Positions 18,115-27,278 of a DNA stretch of 39,310 nt are shown piece by piece; the stretch's first letter is position 1, and every line of letters starts with the position of its first letter. The position numbers and the translations under genes were made by a program. This DNA is from a virus. The DNA lies in IMG/VR virus record IMGVR_UViG_3300013712_000001, positions 1-39,310 of that record. One strand, given 5' to 3'. The notes beneath the pieces were generated by a model that was not told the DNA's origin, ran no database searches, and saw nothing but the letters and a program-made list of their open reading frames with translations.

Positions 18115-19122
18115 TTAAACGACGCGGACCTCAGTATTAAGTAAAGTTTTAAGAGCGCGAATCGGGTAGCCGCCGTATGTAAGCACCTTACGATTTTTGC
18201 CATATAAATCTTCTGCCTGCATGGTAAAGCCGGTTTTCTTCTCTACCTGGCTACGCAGAATAGAGCGTACCTTACGTGTCATGTACCAAACCGGACGCAT
18301 ACTATCAGCATTATCGCTGATCAAGTCGGTTGCCTGATCCATCAGTGCCGGCAAGTCTGGACCAGATGACAAGTCACCTTTCAGCAATGTAACGTCAATG
18401 TTGGCAATACGAACAACGGCGGTCCAGTCCTGAACAGACAAGCCTACGTTAATTTCAAAGTAAGTCACCATAGCTTCATAGCTACGGTTATTTTTATCCT
18501 TAACGGTCAACTGGCCTTTATTCTGCACTTGCAAGCCAGCTTGAGTACCTTGCGGATAGAACAGCGCAACAGTACGCGGCGACCAGCCCACCAGCCAGAT
18601 ACTTGAGTTTGTCGCACCAGTACCACCAGCATCAATGACGTTCTCAGAAGAAGCTACGGCACTGTTAAGCGTATTGAACCGGTTAGCCAAGCCAGTGAAT
18701 GCACGGCTGTTATCGTTAATATCGCCGTAGAATACGGTTTTAAGAACGTTCTGCATCATGCCTTCATAGAATGCAGCATCTTCATTAGCACGCCAGTTAC
18801 GAGCATTAGCACCCATACGGTCATATAATGCTTTATCGACATTACTGTAATCGGTTAATTGACCTGAACGGTCAGACACGTTGACATGAGTAGAGCGAGA
18901 AGGATCAACACCTTCATAAAGTGCGCGCCATGTACCTTGCGGCAAGCCGGTACGGACCGAAGCATCATGGTTAGAACCGTTGTTCGCTTCAATCCAGGTA
19001 ATATCATCCCAAAACTGGGAAGCATAGTTTAAAGCTTCAATCATTACCGCAGGGCCGGACATGCGCGGCAACTGATCAGCAACATCGGCTAGAGTCGGGT
19101 TATTTACTGCATTAATTGGCAT
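18115..19122 (-). CDS. Major capsid protein
   Basis: 335 aa with a strong SD (GGGGG). Lies between the scaffold-like gene and the decoration gene, and its size is typical of an HK97-fold coat protein. Confidence 0.8.
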   Translation of the reverse strand: MPINAVNNPTLADVADQLPRMSGPAVMIEALNYASQFWDDITWIEANNGSNHDASVRTGLPQGTWRALYEGVDPSRSTHVNVSDRSGQLTDYSNVDKALYDRMGANARNWRANEDAAFYEGMMQNVLKTVFYGDINDNSRAFTGLANRFNTLNSAVASSENVIDAGGTGATNSSIWLVGWSPRTVALFYPQGTQAGLQVQNKGQLTVKDKNNRSYEAMVTYFEINVGLSVQDWTAVVRIANIDVTLLKGDLSSGPDLPALMDQATDLISDNADSMRPVWYMTRKVRSILRSQVEKKTGFTMQAEDLYGKNRKVLTYGGYPIRALKTLLNTEVRVV

Positions 19123-19138
19123 ATCTTTGCCCCCTTAA

Positions 19139-19906
19139 TTAGTTTTTGCCATACAGCGAATCTAGCTTGGCTTGATCCGTTGCGTTAGTGTTTGCAGGGC
19201 TACCACCGCGCACACTGTCATTTTTAACGATATTACCATAATGATTTAAGAACTTGACGACTGCCGGATGATTCTGTAATCCGGTCTGCTTTAAAATTGA
19301 TGCAAACTCACTGCCACCAGGGGCAGATAAGGCATTGTTTACATTCTTCATTGTCTGTTGAATATATGCTCCGCCTATATCTGGATCATTGATAGTGGCC
19401 TGCCGCCAAGATTCAATTGTTTCCTTCGCCGTAGCTAGTTCCTGCTGCTTTAACGCAATATGCTTTTCAACAAACTGTTTTGCTACTTCTGGCTTAACAT
19501 TGTTTTCCTTGGCTATCTTGATCAGGTCTGTTTTTACATCATCACCAAGATCAAAACCTTCAGGCATATCGAAGGAATAATCAGCATCACTTAACGGCGC
19601 TTCTTCTGCATTCTGATTAAGCAGGCCCTTATCATCATCTAGTGATAAACCTTCGCCACCTTCCTGCTTTGCTAAACCATCACCACCTTCGCCACCTTCA
19701 GCACCAGTAGCAGCAGCGCCGTTATTCTGTTGGCCTTGTGAGCCTGGATCATCATTCAAATAATCAGCATTACCCATACCGGCAGGCGCATTATTATTTG
19801 CTGCACCACCTTCACCACCAGCAGGGGCAGCAGCACCGCCACCAGCTTCACCGCCGCCAGCTTCATTCATCATCATTGAGCCGTAAAGCATTTGCCATAG
19901 TTTCAT
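19139..19906 (-). CDS. Scaffolding protein candidate
   Basis: 255 aa. Gly/Ala/Glu-rich disordered N-terminal third, helical charged remainder. Directly upstream of the capsid gene. Confidence 0.6.
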   Translation of the reverse strand: MKLWQMLYGSMMMNEAGGGEAGGGAAAPAGGEGGAANNNAPAGMGNADYLNDDPGSQGQQNNGAAATGAEGGEGGDGLAKQEGGEGLSLDDDKGLLNQNAEEAPLSDADYSFDMPEGFDLGDDVKTDLIKIAKENNVKPEVAKQFVEKHIALKQQELATAKETIESWRQATINDPDIGGAYIQQTMKNVNNALSAPGGSEFASILKQTGLQNHPAVVKFLNHYGNIVKNDSVRGGSPANTNATDQAKLDSLYGKN

Positions 19907-19917
19907 AATGTTTTTCC

Positions 19918-20202
19918 TTATTCCGCAATCTCATAAGTTGCTAAAAATATGTCTGGCTTACATGGGTAAAATTCACCCTGCACACCCTTGATAATGTAGT
20001 CACCAATGCTGGCAAGCATCAATCCTTCCAAGGTTTTTATATGCAAACCTGAAGGGTTTTTATGGTCTAGGAAGTCAATCTCATTATTGTAGTGTCTGTG
20101 CGTGTCACAGCCCAAACCTACAAAATTTTCAACCTGATTGAAACTATCTTTCGTTAATTGAATAGCTTCAACAACTACCGGCTTTTTTCTGTACTTAGCC
20201 AT
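19918..20202 (-). CDS. Hypothetical small protein (94 aa)
   Basis: I prefer ATG 20202 ([16 protein letters not shown]...; SD AAGGTGA 5 nt upstream) over the GTG at 20211. The C-terminal [25 protein letters not shown] is a motif I recall from many uncharacterised phage proteins. Confidence 0.6.
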   Translation of the reverse strand: MAKYRKKPVVVEAIQLTKDSFNQVENFVGLGCDTHRHYNNEIDFLDHKNPSGLHIKTLEGLMLASIGDYIIKGVQGEFYPCKPDIFLATYEIAE

Positions 20203-20203
20203 A

Positions 20204-20575
20204 TCATTCACCTTGATTGAAAAGCTTTTCTTTCAGCAAATAACCTTCAAGCATCCAGATTTTATTACGTGCATTCTCATACGCCACTTTGCGGCCAATC
20301 TCTGGATCAAAGTTCTCAGGACTTGCACACGCTGATTCACCTGTAACCGTGAAACCGTTTTTAAGAATAAGGACGCAAAAGGTCAGTGTCTCTAATTGTT
20401 TGTGCATTCCAATTAACGCTGTTGTATTTGGATCAGCACCCCATTGAGCATTAGCTGCTGTAAAGTAGTATTTATCTACAATCACCGCATCAACATCAGC
20501 AGGCGTTAAACGTGGAGCATTTAATCCTTTTTCTTGAATCTCTTTTTCAATAGATTTTTCACTTTTCATAATCAT
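20204..20575 (-). CDS. N4 gp49 / Sf6 gp66 family protein
   Basis: [53 protein letters not shown] matches the conserved core of that family as I recall it. Alternative start at ATG 20569. Confidence 0.7.
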   Translation of the reverse strand: MIMKSEKSIEKEIQEKGLNAPRLTPADVDAVIVDKYYFTAANAQWGADPNTTALIGMHKQLETLTFCVLILKNGFTVTGESACASPENFDPEIGRKVAYENARNKIWMLEGYLLKEKLFNQGE

Positions 20576-20859
20576 TCACCTTTTTGGTTTTTAAGATAAA
20601 TCTCATTGTCCTTGTAAATTACATCAGCATAAATACTTGATGTAAGAACCGGATCAGCAAGAGCCATCTTATTATATATGTAAATGCCACAGTTCCTTTG
20701 CCCATCCCGATATGAAATATCAGCAATGTTGTTATTCTGCCCGAAGGCATAAACAGGAACAGTTACAGCGAATTTAGCCAAAAGGTCCTTGAATACCTCT
20801 TGGCCTGCTACTGTGCCTAATACATCACGATAGGCATTAATTAAAGCTTGGTCCTTCAT
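20572..20859 (-). CDS. Small protein, possibly Bbp19-like
   Basis: 95 aa. INAYRDVLGTVAGQEVFKDLLAKF...YRDGQRNCGIYIY resembles the Bbp19-type phage domain (from memory). ATGA overlap with the portal stop. Confidence 0.45.
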   Translation of the reverse strand: MKDQALINAYRDVLGTVAGQEVFKDLLAKFAVTVPVYAFGQNNNIADISYRDGQRNCGIYIYNKMALADPVLTSSIYADVIYKDNEIYLKNQKGE

Positions 20860-22583
20860 ATTGGTGCTACCGTATTGGGATTGTCTGGAAGATCAGATAC
20901 AGCTTTAGCAGCTTGAGCGCCGTTATTGGCCGCTTGTGCTGCATCAAGCATAAGCTGTTGCTGTGCTGCTGCCTGTTGAGCCTGTGCCCGATCATTGCGT
21001 ATTTTATTGACAGCTTCATCACTACGCAGAACATCAGCAGGAACGCCGTTCATATCGCAGTAAATACGAGCAATAGCATCAAAATCAACACGATCAGCAA
21101 CATCAGGGGATGCTTGAGCCATTTGTCCTAAAAACGCCGTTGCTCGTTCTAGGTTGGCTGATCCTGCTGCCTTCTGTGCTTGTGCTAAAATAGACACAAA
21201 TTCTATTGTGTAAGGCTGCTCACTAAATTCAGTGTAACGCTGTACCAGTTCTGGATAACGCTCCTTCATCTTCAGCACACGTTCTACAGCCATTTCAATA
21301 ATCGGCTCTAACAGTTCAACGTTCTGTCTTTCCAGAATAGAACCAAGCATCAGCATTTTTTCTGATTTCCTTTCTGCGACTTCTGTTGCTGTCATTCTCC
21401 CTTTATCGAAATTGTCAAGCATTAAAAACAAATCAGTAAAGAAGGTCTGTCTGATCCTTTCCCTAGCTGCCACCTGCTCATTAGCTACACCAGAATAGTC
21501 AAGCTGAATCTGTACAGCAGGCTTAACCGTATCCGCAGCAGAACCGGCAACAATTTGCGGTTCATAAAAAATACGGCCACCTGGATTAAGTTGTGCTAAA
21601 TCATTCCTCATTGTGGTTGGAATCAACATAGGCGGTCTAATTGCCCGATCAGTACCTTCCATCATCTGCAAATGTGTTTTCTGCAATTCCTTAAAATCAC
21701 CAGAACATTGAGAAGCAGGGGACTCACCGTACCGATCATTACCCAAAACTTCCCAACGTGCCACAACCGCAGGGAAACGGTCAAAACCAGAAATACTTAA
21801 AAAGTTTTCTTTTTCCTGATCCAGAAACCAGTACGAAACAAACGGCTTTTTAACTTTAAGAACGCTATCACTCAATTCATCTTCACGGCGTTTCTCAATA
21901 ACATGAGCAACCTTAAAGACTTCATTGTATTTATCGGCATCCTTGGCAGTCTTAACCTTTTCTGGATATGGAAATTCAGCTCTTTCAGGAAAACGCTTTA
22001 ACAGTTCCTCCAATGTCATTTCTACATAATGATAAAGTGCAGTCACGCGGTTCTTATAATCAACATCAATTGCATAAGTACCAAACGGCTGATGAATCAG
22101 ATCAAGAGCCGCAGCATCCATATCACCCGAGTCAGGTTCATCATCAATTAATGAACAGGCCGTACCCATTGCGCCCTGATCCTTAAACATAAGATTAAGG
22201 ACCTGATAAACATTTGAAGCAGCCAGCTCCTTATAAACTACGCTTTGCAATTCCTGTAAAAAGGAAATCATTGCAGTATCTTTGCCAGCACTTAAAACAT
22301 TGTTTGCACCCAGGGAAAACCAAGGGCGCGAAGGCGAAGCAATACCGGTCTGCATTCCTGCTGCCAAAGTTGTCAGGCAATACTTTCCGATATTATTGAC
22401 AATCTGCGACTGGCTGGCTCTGTCGTGCTTTTCCTGCTCCATTAAAAAACGTTTAGTTTGCGGATAAACATGATCAACAATTTCTTTTAAATGCGTATCA
22501 TAATTATCCTTTCGATATTGCCAAGAAGCCGACATTCTGGCCTGAATCTTCTTGAGCAATTCAGTTTCTTTTTTATCAGCCAT
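20856..22583 (-). CDS. Portal (head-tail connector) protein
   Basis: 575 aa, directly downstream of the terminase genes. The Ala/Gln-rich C-terminal tail is typical of podovirus portals. Size and position support the call. Confidence 0.85.
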   Translation of the reverse strand: MADKKETELLKKIQARMSASWQYRKDNYDTHLKEIVDHVYPQTKRFLMEQEKHDRASQSQIVNNIGKYCLTTLAAGMQTGIASPSRPWFSLGANNVLSAGKDTAMISFLQELQSVVYKELAASNVYQVLNLMFKDQGAMGTACSLIDDEPDSGDMDAAALDLIHQPFGTYAIDVDYKNRVTALYHYVEMTLEELLKRFPERAEFPYPEKVKTAKDADKYNEVFKVAHVIEKRREDELSDSVLKVKKPFVSYWFLDQEKENFLSISGFDRFPAVVARWEVLGNDRYGESPASQCSGDFKELQKTHLQMMEGTDRAIRPPMLIPTTMRNDLAQLNPGGRIFYEPQIVAGSAADTVKPAVQIQLDYSGVANEQVAARERIRQTFFTDLFLMLDNFDKGRMTATEVAERKSEKMLMLGSILERQNVELLEPIIEMAVERVLKMKERYPELVQRYTEFSEQPYTIEFVSILAQAQKAAGSANLERATAFLGQMAQASPDVADRVDFDAIARIYCDMNGVPADVLRSDEAVNKIRNDRAQAQQAAAQQQLMLDAAQAANNGAQAAKAVSDLPDNPNTVAPI

Positions 22584-22586
22584 AAC

Positions 22587-22880
22587 TTAGCTTCCTAATG
22601 TACGATTGCCCACACCATTGCCTAAATTAAGCTGGCTGTTTGCAATACCACCAGCACCGGTCAAGAATGTATTGCCAAGGCCAGAAGGTGCGCCAGAAGA
22701 TTCATCAATATTATTAAATGATCCCTCCATTTGCGTTCGTTGGGCCGCCTGTTGCCGGCGTAAAGTTTCTTGTTCCTCCTGATCTCGTTTAGCATTTCTT
22801 TCAGCCTTATTTGCTGAATAAATTTGAGAACCAGCAGAAAGGGCAGCTCCCACCAGGGGAATTAAAACAGGTGCACACAT
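22587..22880 (-). CDS. Hypothetical small protein between terL and portal
   Basis: 97 aa. Hydrophobic N-terminus MCAPVLIPLVGAALSAG, charged helix, Gly/Asn-rich tail. SD GGAG upstream. Confidence 0.5.
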   Translation of the reverse strand: MCAPVLIPLVGAALSAGSQIYSANKAERNAKRDQEEQETLRRQQAAQRTQMEGSFNNIDESSGAPSGLGNTFLTGAGGIANSQLNLGNGVGNRTLGS

Positions 22881-22898
22881 AATATTTACTCCATAACA

Positions 22899-24392
22899 TT
22901 ACAGGGGGTTCAGCGGATTGTATTCCTGCGGATTGTATTGATAGTTGTCCTGAATGATTCTATCACGCTTACGAACAGGTCTAGCGAACGTAAGAGCAAG
23001 AGCGTCCCCTTTGTTTGGAGAAAAGCCCAGGCGCTTCTTAATCGATTCTTTTGGCTCAAGCTGAATAACACCATCAGCAGTAGGCAGCGTTTCAGGAGCT
23101 TTTAAGTCATCACGAAGCTGATTATCCGGTTCAATTGCGCCGCCTGCTTTAAGCCATTCGCGCATTTCACCCCATATTTGAGCGCGCTTATTTCGATATG
23201 CCGGACTTGATGACTTGCCAGCAAACGGCACTAGCTCCCAATTTCTACCCCAAGATTTACCAAATGAATAAATCCCTGTTCCATGCCCCAAGTCAATAAA
23301 TACGGCATCTGCATTATATTCATCTTCATAACGTGCAATCTTTTCCGCAGGAATGGCATCATTATCATTCTTGGGCATAACTTCAAGTATCTTTGAATAA
23401 AGCCCCTGACGCATACAGATAACAAGCTCATCATCACCAGTCCATGCCGGATCACAGCTTATAATTACCGGCGCATGTTCATATTGACCAGGCAGCAAAT
23501 TACGACCAAAAGCTTCATCAATCAGGTGCATTTCAATAAACTGCTTTGCTGATGAAGAAGGGAAAACACCACGTACACGCACTTTTACAAAGTCTGAATT
23601 TTCGCCGTAATCTTTTACCCAGCGATTTAACAGTTCTTTGTTCGTACCTTCAACGGTCCTTGAATCAATCTGGTAAGTAATCCAACGATGCCGAAACTTG
23701 TGAAAGCATTCATAAAATCGTCCGCTTGGCCGTGTCGGGTTACCAAATGCCAGCCAGATGATTTCTGTATCTTCATCTGTTAAAGCACCTTCAGCAACCT
23801 CCCATACCTTGTCAGCAATTGCAGAAGCTTCATCGAAGATTAAGACAATGCGTTTTTTCTTGTTGTGAAGGCCTGCGAATGCTTCTGTATTATGCTCAGA
23901 CCAAGGCACAGCATCCAGCCGCCACGTATCAGCATGGCCGTCTACATTGGATTTTATGCTTGTTGCATTATCACTAAACCAGTGGCTTGTCAGGGAAAGG
24001 CGAAACCACTTTTTTAACTCAGGAAATGTTTTGGTGCGAAGCTGTGTTTCAGTGTTTGAAGTCAGAACAATCTTTGTATCAACACACGTATCAAGCGCCC
24101 ATTTTGAGAACATGGAAATAAAAGCTGATTTACCGATACCATGCCCCGATGCCACTGCAATCATAATCGGTTGATTTCGCTTGACTGGATCATTTAAGGC
24201 ATCAGTTACATCTTTAAAAATCTGGTCCTGCCATTGCTTAGGCCCATACGAATCTTCAAGATCAGTGCCTTCTTCTCCCCAAGGAAAACAATAACGAGCA
24301 TACGACCTTGGATCAGTGACGAAATTACTTATATCATCAGCAAGGCGCTGTTCTTCTTCAGCAGGCAGGGACCAGACATTTCTTTTATTCAT
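22899..24392 (-). CDS. terL: Terminase large subunit
   Basis: Walker A-like AVASGHGIGKSAF, Walker B IVLIFDEASAI and nuclease-domain acidic motifs (ISCDPAW, VFIDLGHG). I prefer ATG 24392 (SD GGAAG 6 nt upstream; ATGAATAA overlap with the terS stop). The ORF track extends to 24413. Confidence 0.9.
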   Translation of the reverse strand: MNKRNVWSLPAEEEQRLADDISNFVTDPRSYARYCFPWGEEGTDLEDSYGPKQWQDQIFKDVTDALNDPVKRNQPIMIAVASGHGIGKSAFISMFSKWALDTCVDTKIVLTSNTETQLRTKTFPELKKWFRLSLTSHWFSDNATSIKSNVDGHADTWRLDAVPWSEHNTEAFAGLHNKKKRIVLIFDEASAIADKVWEVAEGALTDEDTEIIWLAFGNPTRPSGRFYECFHKFRHRWITYQIDSRTVEGTNKELLNRWVKDYGENSDFVKVRVRGVFPSSSAKQFIEMHLIDEAFGRNLLPGQYEHAPVIISCDPAWTGDDELVICMRQGLYSKILEVMPKNDNDAIPAEKIARYEDEYNADAVFIDLGHGTGIYSFGKSWGRNWELVPFAGKSSSPAYRNKRAQIWGEMREWLKAGGAIEPDNQLRDDLKAPETLPTADGVIQLEPKESIKKRLGFSPNKGDALALTFARPVRKRDRIIQDNYQYNPQEYNPLNPL

Positions 24393-25188
24393 CGTCATCT
24401 TCCGCAGATTCAAACGCTTTGCTTATCGCTTTATTAGCAATATTCGCAATAGCTCGCTTTCTAGCCTTATCAATTGTTGTGGCATGGTCCACACGGCTAA
24501 CTTCAACCTTATGCACCAGGAAGCCCATCAATTCTGAAACATGCTTTAGCATTCCATCCTGATCACGGTATTTGATAACAATATTTCCTTGCTTGTCATA
24601 AGAAGCACCGGCAAATAAAGGATGACTGGCCGCGTCTGGATGAACATAGATTTTGTCTTCACCCTGGCCGCCACACTCAGGGCAACTTTCATGCGGTTCA
24701 GCCCAAGGATTAAAACCAAAACCACCATCTAAAGCAGGGGGAATAAAACCTTCATCTTCTAGCCGATCCTGCGTTATACGCGCGTCCTTTATATCTCTTG
24801 CAAATTTAAACTCTTTAATCTGCCTGTTAAGTTCTTTTCTATACTCCTTTTCAGTCCATTGGTATTCATGATTAACGCCATGACAATAACGGCAATTTAC
24901 TTTTAACGTTTCAGCTATTTCTTTCGGATCACCGTAGGCAATAGAACATACATATTCAAAGTGTTTTTCAAAAGTGATGCCTGCTTTATCAAATGCAGGC
25001 CGCATAGCATGGTTTAAGGCGCGGCGTACATTTACAGCCCTGAATGGGTCCATGCCGCTATACTGCAAGCCAGCGGCTTTTCTGGCCTTGGTTTTATCGC
25101 CAGTTTCAAGATAGGTCGTTACAAGTATTTTTTGCTGTGCTGTTAATAAATCAAATGGATTAACAACAAGGCTTCGCTCTTTGCTCAT
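24385..25188 (-). CDS. terS: Terminase small subunit with a predicted Cys4 zinc-ribbon insertion
   Basis: The N-terminal LTAQQKILVTTYLETGDKTKARKAAG is a TerS-type HTH. CRYCHG ... CPECGG are two CxxC pairs. ATG 25188 has SD GGTG 5 nt upstream, whereas the track start is GTG 25194. Confidence 0.75.
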   Translation of the reverse strand: MSKERSLVVNPFDLLTAQQKILVTTYLETGDKTKARKAAGLQYSGMDPFRAVNVRRALNHAMRPAFDKAGITFEKHFEYVCSIAYGDPKEIAETLKVNCRYCHGVNHEYQWTEKEYRKELNRQIKEFKFARDIKDARITQDRLEDEGFIPPALDGGFGFNPWAEPHESCPECGGQGEDKIYVHPDAASHPLFAGASYDKQGNIVIKYRDQDGMLKHVSELMGFLVHKVEVSRVDHATTIDKARKRAIANIANKAISKAFESAEDDDE

Positions 25189-25199
25189 TGTCACACCTT

Positions 25200-25228
25200 A
25201 AATAAAACTTTCATTAAAATTGATTATA
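25200..25228 (-). promoter_or_regulatory. Candidate late promoter -10 (TATAAT, 25228-25223) followed by copy A of the 16-nt near-palindromic element (25200-25215)
   Basis: Perfect TATAAT on the minus strand, 7 nt upstream of AATGAAAGTTTTATTT, which abuts the terS SD. The -35 is weak. It lies just downstream of terminator 25272-25299. Confidence 0.45.
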
Positions 25229-25271
25229 CACAAGTTAAATGAAGGTATCGGCGCGATTTTAAAGACAATAA

Positions 25272-25299
25272 AAAAGGCTTACCAAATAGCAAGCCTTTT
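25272..25299 (-). terminator. Rho-independent terminator separating the early region from the packaging/structural genes
   Basis: AAAAGGCTT-N10-AAGCCTTTT. On the minus strand the 9-bp stem is followed by UUUUUUAUU. Confidence 0.7.
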
Positions 25300-25497
25300 C
25301 AACTTAACAACCCCACTGTATTTCTGCCCTCGCCAAAGTTTAAAAATAAAGTGAGATTCCAGGACTAATTGATTGGCAAGTTGCGAACTCTTGCTTTTAC
25401 ACCTTCGTCGAATTTCACGAGTCTACAGCATAATTATTTCTTTACGTATCGCCTACGGATTCAATCAACAGGAAATATATAACACAATAGTCAAGTT

Positions 25498-25755
25498 TTA
25501 TACTCGACTGTTTAGCATAGCTTCCCGTTGCTTATCTTTGGTGGTTGTTAAATCCCAAGGCAAAGCAACCCAACCAAGACCGCCATTAGGTTCGACATAA
25601 ATGCGATCTTCGACTTGTGCATTTGAGATTTGAAAATCAGTTAAGTCGCCTGTAGAAACAATACGATGACCATCTACAAACTTTTTCATAAAATCTAAAG
25701 CACCATCAGATACAACATTGTTTTTCATCTTAATGATTCCACACAATATTCCCAT
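25498..25755 (-). CDS. Hypothetical small protein (85 aa, or 76 aa from ATG 25728)
   Basis: ORF with no recognisable motif. A TTGATT-16-TAAAAT promoter-like sequence overlaps the first ATG, which favours the second ATG (MKNNVVSDG...). Confidence 0.5.
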   Translation of the reverse strand: MGILCGIIKMKNNVVSDGALDFMKKFVDGHRIVSTGDLTDFQISNAQVEDRIYVEPNGGLGWVALPWDLTTTKDKQREAMLNSRV

Positions 25756-25827
25756 TTTAGATCATAACATGAATCAATCAATTACACACGATATTCCTAA
25801 GAGCCCATAAATTTAACTCAATAAAAA

Positions 25828-25849
25828 ACCGCCTGATTACTCAAGCGGC
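25828..25849 (-). terminator. Weak terminator candidate after the RuvC-like gene
   Basis: Minus strand GCCGC-N12-GCGGU followed by UUUUUAU. The stem is short, with one G-U pair. Confidence 0.4.
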
Positions 25850-25895
25850 TTTCAATGTTTAAAGGTGAATTATATGGCTGTAGAATCAATATATA

Positions 25896-26342
25896 TTAAT
25901 AATGCCCATGAATCAACATACCAGCATCACGTTTTTCCTGGTTTGTTTTTACTGATTCCGGCCATTTGGTCATTCTGCAAAATTCCTCATGGTTCTTTTT
26001 TGAAGCATAAGGCTTAACAGCAATATAAGAGATATTTAAGCGCTGTAATGCTTTTTCTATCTGCTGCCCTACAGAATGATTTCTACCAACATCATAAGCA
26101 TTTTTTTGTCTAGTAAGACTATTTTTATTTTTCCCTTCATGCCAGTTAGACTTTTTAATCAACCAGGAAGCTTCAAGATACACCTTCTTAATTACAGAAC
26201 GGTTTTCTAAAAAGAAATCGTAAAGATCAAATAAATCCATACACTCAAGCCTTACTACCTTTCCATTCATACCGAATGCAACTCCAGATTTATCTATATC
26301 AGGATCAATACCCATGATAAATGATAGATCACTACTGCTCAT
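25896..26342 (-). CDS. RuvC-like Holliday junction resolvase (RNase H fold)
   Basis: 148 aa. FIMGIDPDIDKSGVAF (first catalytic Asp), KVYLEAS (Glu) and the C-terminal EKRDAGML are consistent with phage RuvC-type resolvases. Confidence 0.65.
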   Translation of the reverse strand: MSSSDLSFIMGIDPDIDKSGVAFGMNGKVVRLECMDLFDLYDFFLENRSVIKKVYLEASWLIKKSNWHEGKNKNSLTRQKNAYDVGRNHSVGQQIEKALQRLNISYIAVKPYASKKNHEEFCRMTKWPESVKTNQEKRDAGMLIHGHY

Positions 26343-26674
26343 GTGGCCTCCTGTGCTTCGCCAAAAATATCAGGTACATTTTCAACTTTTCCAAGTTGTA
26401 TCGAATAACATAAATATTTGTTTAACTTTTCTATTTTGTTAATTTTCGCGGCACAATCTTCTTTAAAGCCAAACTGTGCCCAGCTATTCAATTCATCAAC
26501 CACAGCAAGAAGATCATTTAATTCCAAATGAATGCGCTCTTTATTATTCAGCGGTAGATCAGGATGTTTTTCTGTCATCCCAAATTGAGCTGTTTTAAGA
26601 GCAATCTGAGCAATTTCACTTGCTTCTTCAGCAAGCTTCATTAGTAGGAATTGTTCATGTGTCATTTTATTCAT
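26339..26674 (-). CDS. MazG-like all-alpha NTP pyrophosphohydrolase
   Basis: 111 aa. KLAEEASEIAQ ... ERIHLELNDLLAVVDEL matches the EExxE ... ExxD metal-binding helix pattern of the MazG family. Confidence 0.6.
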   Translation of the reverse strand: MNKMTHEQFLLMKLAEEASEIAQIALKTAQFGMTEKHPDLPLNNKERIHLELNDLLAVVDELNSWAQFGFKEDCAAKINKIEKLNKYLCYSIQLGKVENVPDIFGEAQEAT

Positions 26675-26680
26675 GTCAAT

Positions 26681-27277
26681 TCACCCTTTAGAAATAAAAA
26701 CCATAAATGTCAAAAAACCAAGCAAAATACATATCTCCCAAATACCTGATATTTGTCTACATTTTTTAGCCCTCTCCTCCTCTAATTTCTTGATCTGGAC
26801 TTCAAGTTCCTCAATTTCCTTGCTAAATTTTGGCTCGCTTTTCCATTCCCCAAACTTAGCGGAATGATCCTCTATTTTCTCTACTTCATAAAATACAATG
26901 CTGTTAGGTTTAAGAACTAGCTTTAGATCAGACAAAGCCAGTACATAAATCTTAAAACCTCCTTCAAGCTGACAAGCCACATTTGCCTTATCGCCATCCA
27001 AGCTTAAAATCTTGCCTTTTAATACTTTCTTATCAAACCGGACCTCATGGAATGCTTCTGGTCCATATCTGCGGCGCAACTCATCTAAGTACCAGTTATC
27101 AGCCCTAATAACATTACCGATATAGCCGTTCATCATTTGCGGCTGTTCCGTAGGGCCTGTATCTCTTGTAACAAAACTCACATCCATTCCAATTTTATAA
27201 ACTGGCTTATAACCCACAGGAATTGAATGCAGATCATCTTTAGGCTTAGGAATACTAATTTTCGGAAGACCAACCAT
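26681..27277 (-). CDS. Tail-anchored membrane protein of unknown function
   Basis: 198 aa. Beta-rich N-terminal region, coiled-coil KEIEELEVQIKKLEEERAKK, and a single C-terminal TM segment ISGIWEICILLGFLTFMVFI. Confidence 0.55.
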   Translation of the reverse strand: MVGLPKISIPKPKDDLHSIPVGYKPVYKIGMDVSFVTRDTGPTEQPQMMNGYIGNVIRADNWYLDELRRRYGPEAFHEVRFDKKVLKGKILSLDGDKANVACQLEGGFKIYVLALSDLKLVLKPNSIVFYEVEKIEDHSAKFGEWKSEPKFSKEIEELEVQIKKLEEERAKKCRQISGIWEICILLGFLTFMVFISKG

Positions 27278-27278
27278 A

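Noticed and set aside
25300-25497. Possible tRNA or tRNA-like gene. The sequence GAGTTCGCAACTTGC superficially resembles a T-arm.
   Set aside because: No cloverleaf can be built. The putative T-stem does not pair with a 7-nt loop, and no acceptor, D or anticodon arms are present on either strand.
25373-25600. 75-aa plus-strand ORF in the non-coding stretch near terS.
   Set aside because: Non-ATG start, no SD, and it overlaps the 85-aa minus-strand gene on the opposite strand. It is also against the local transcription direction.
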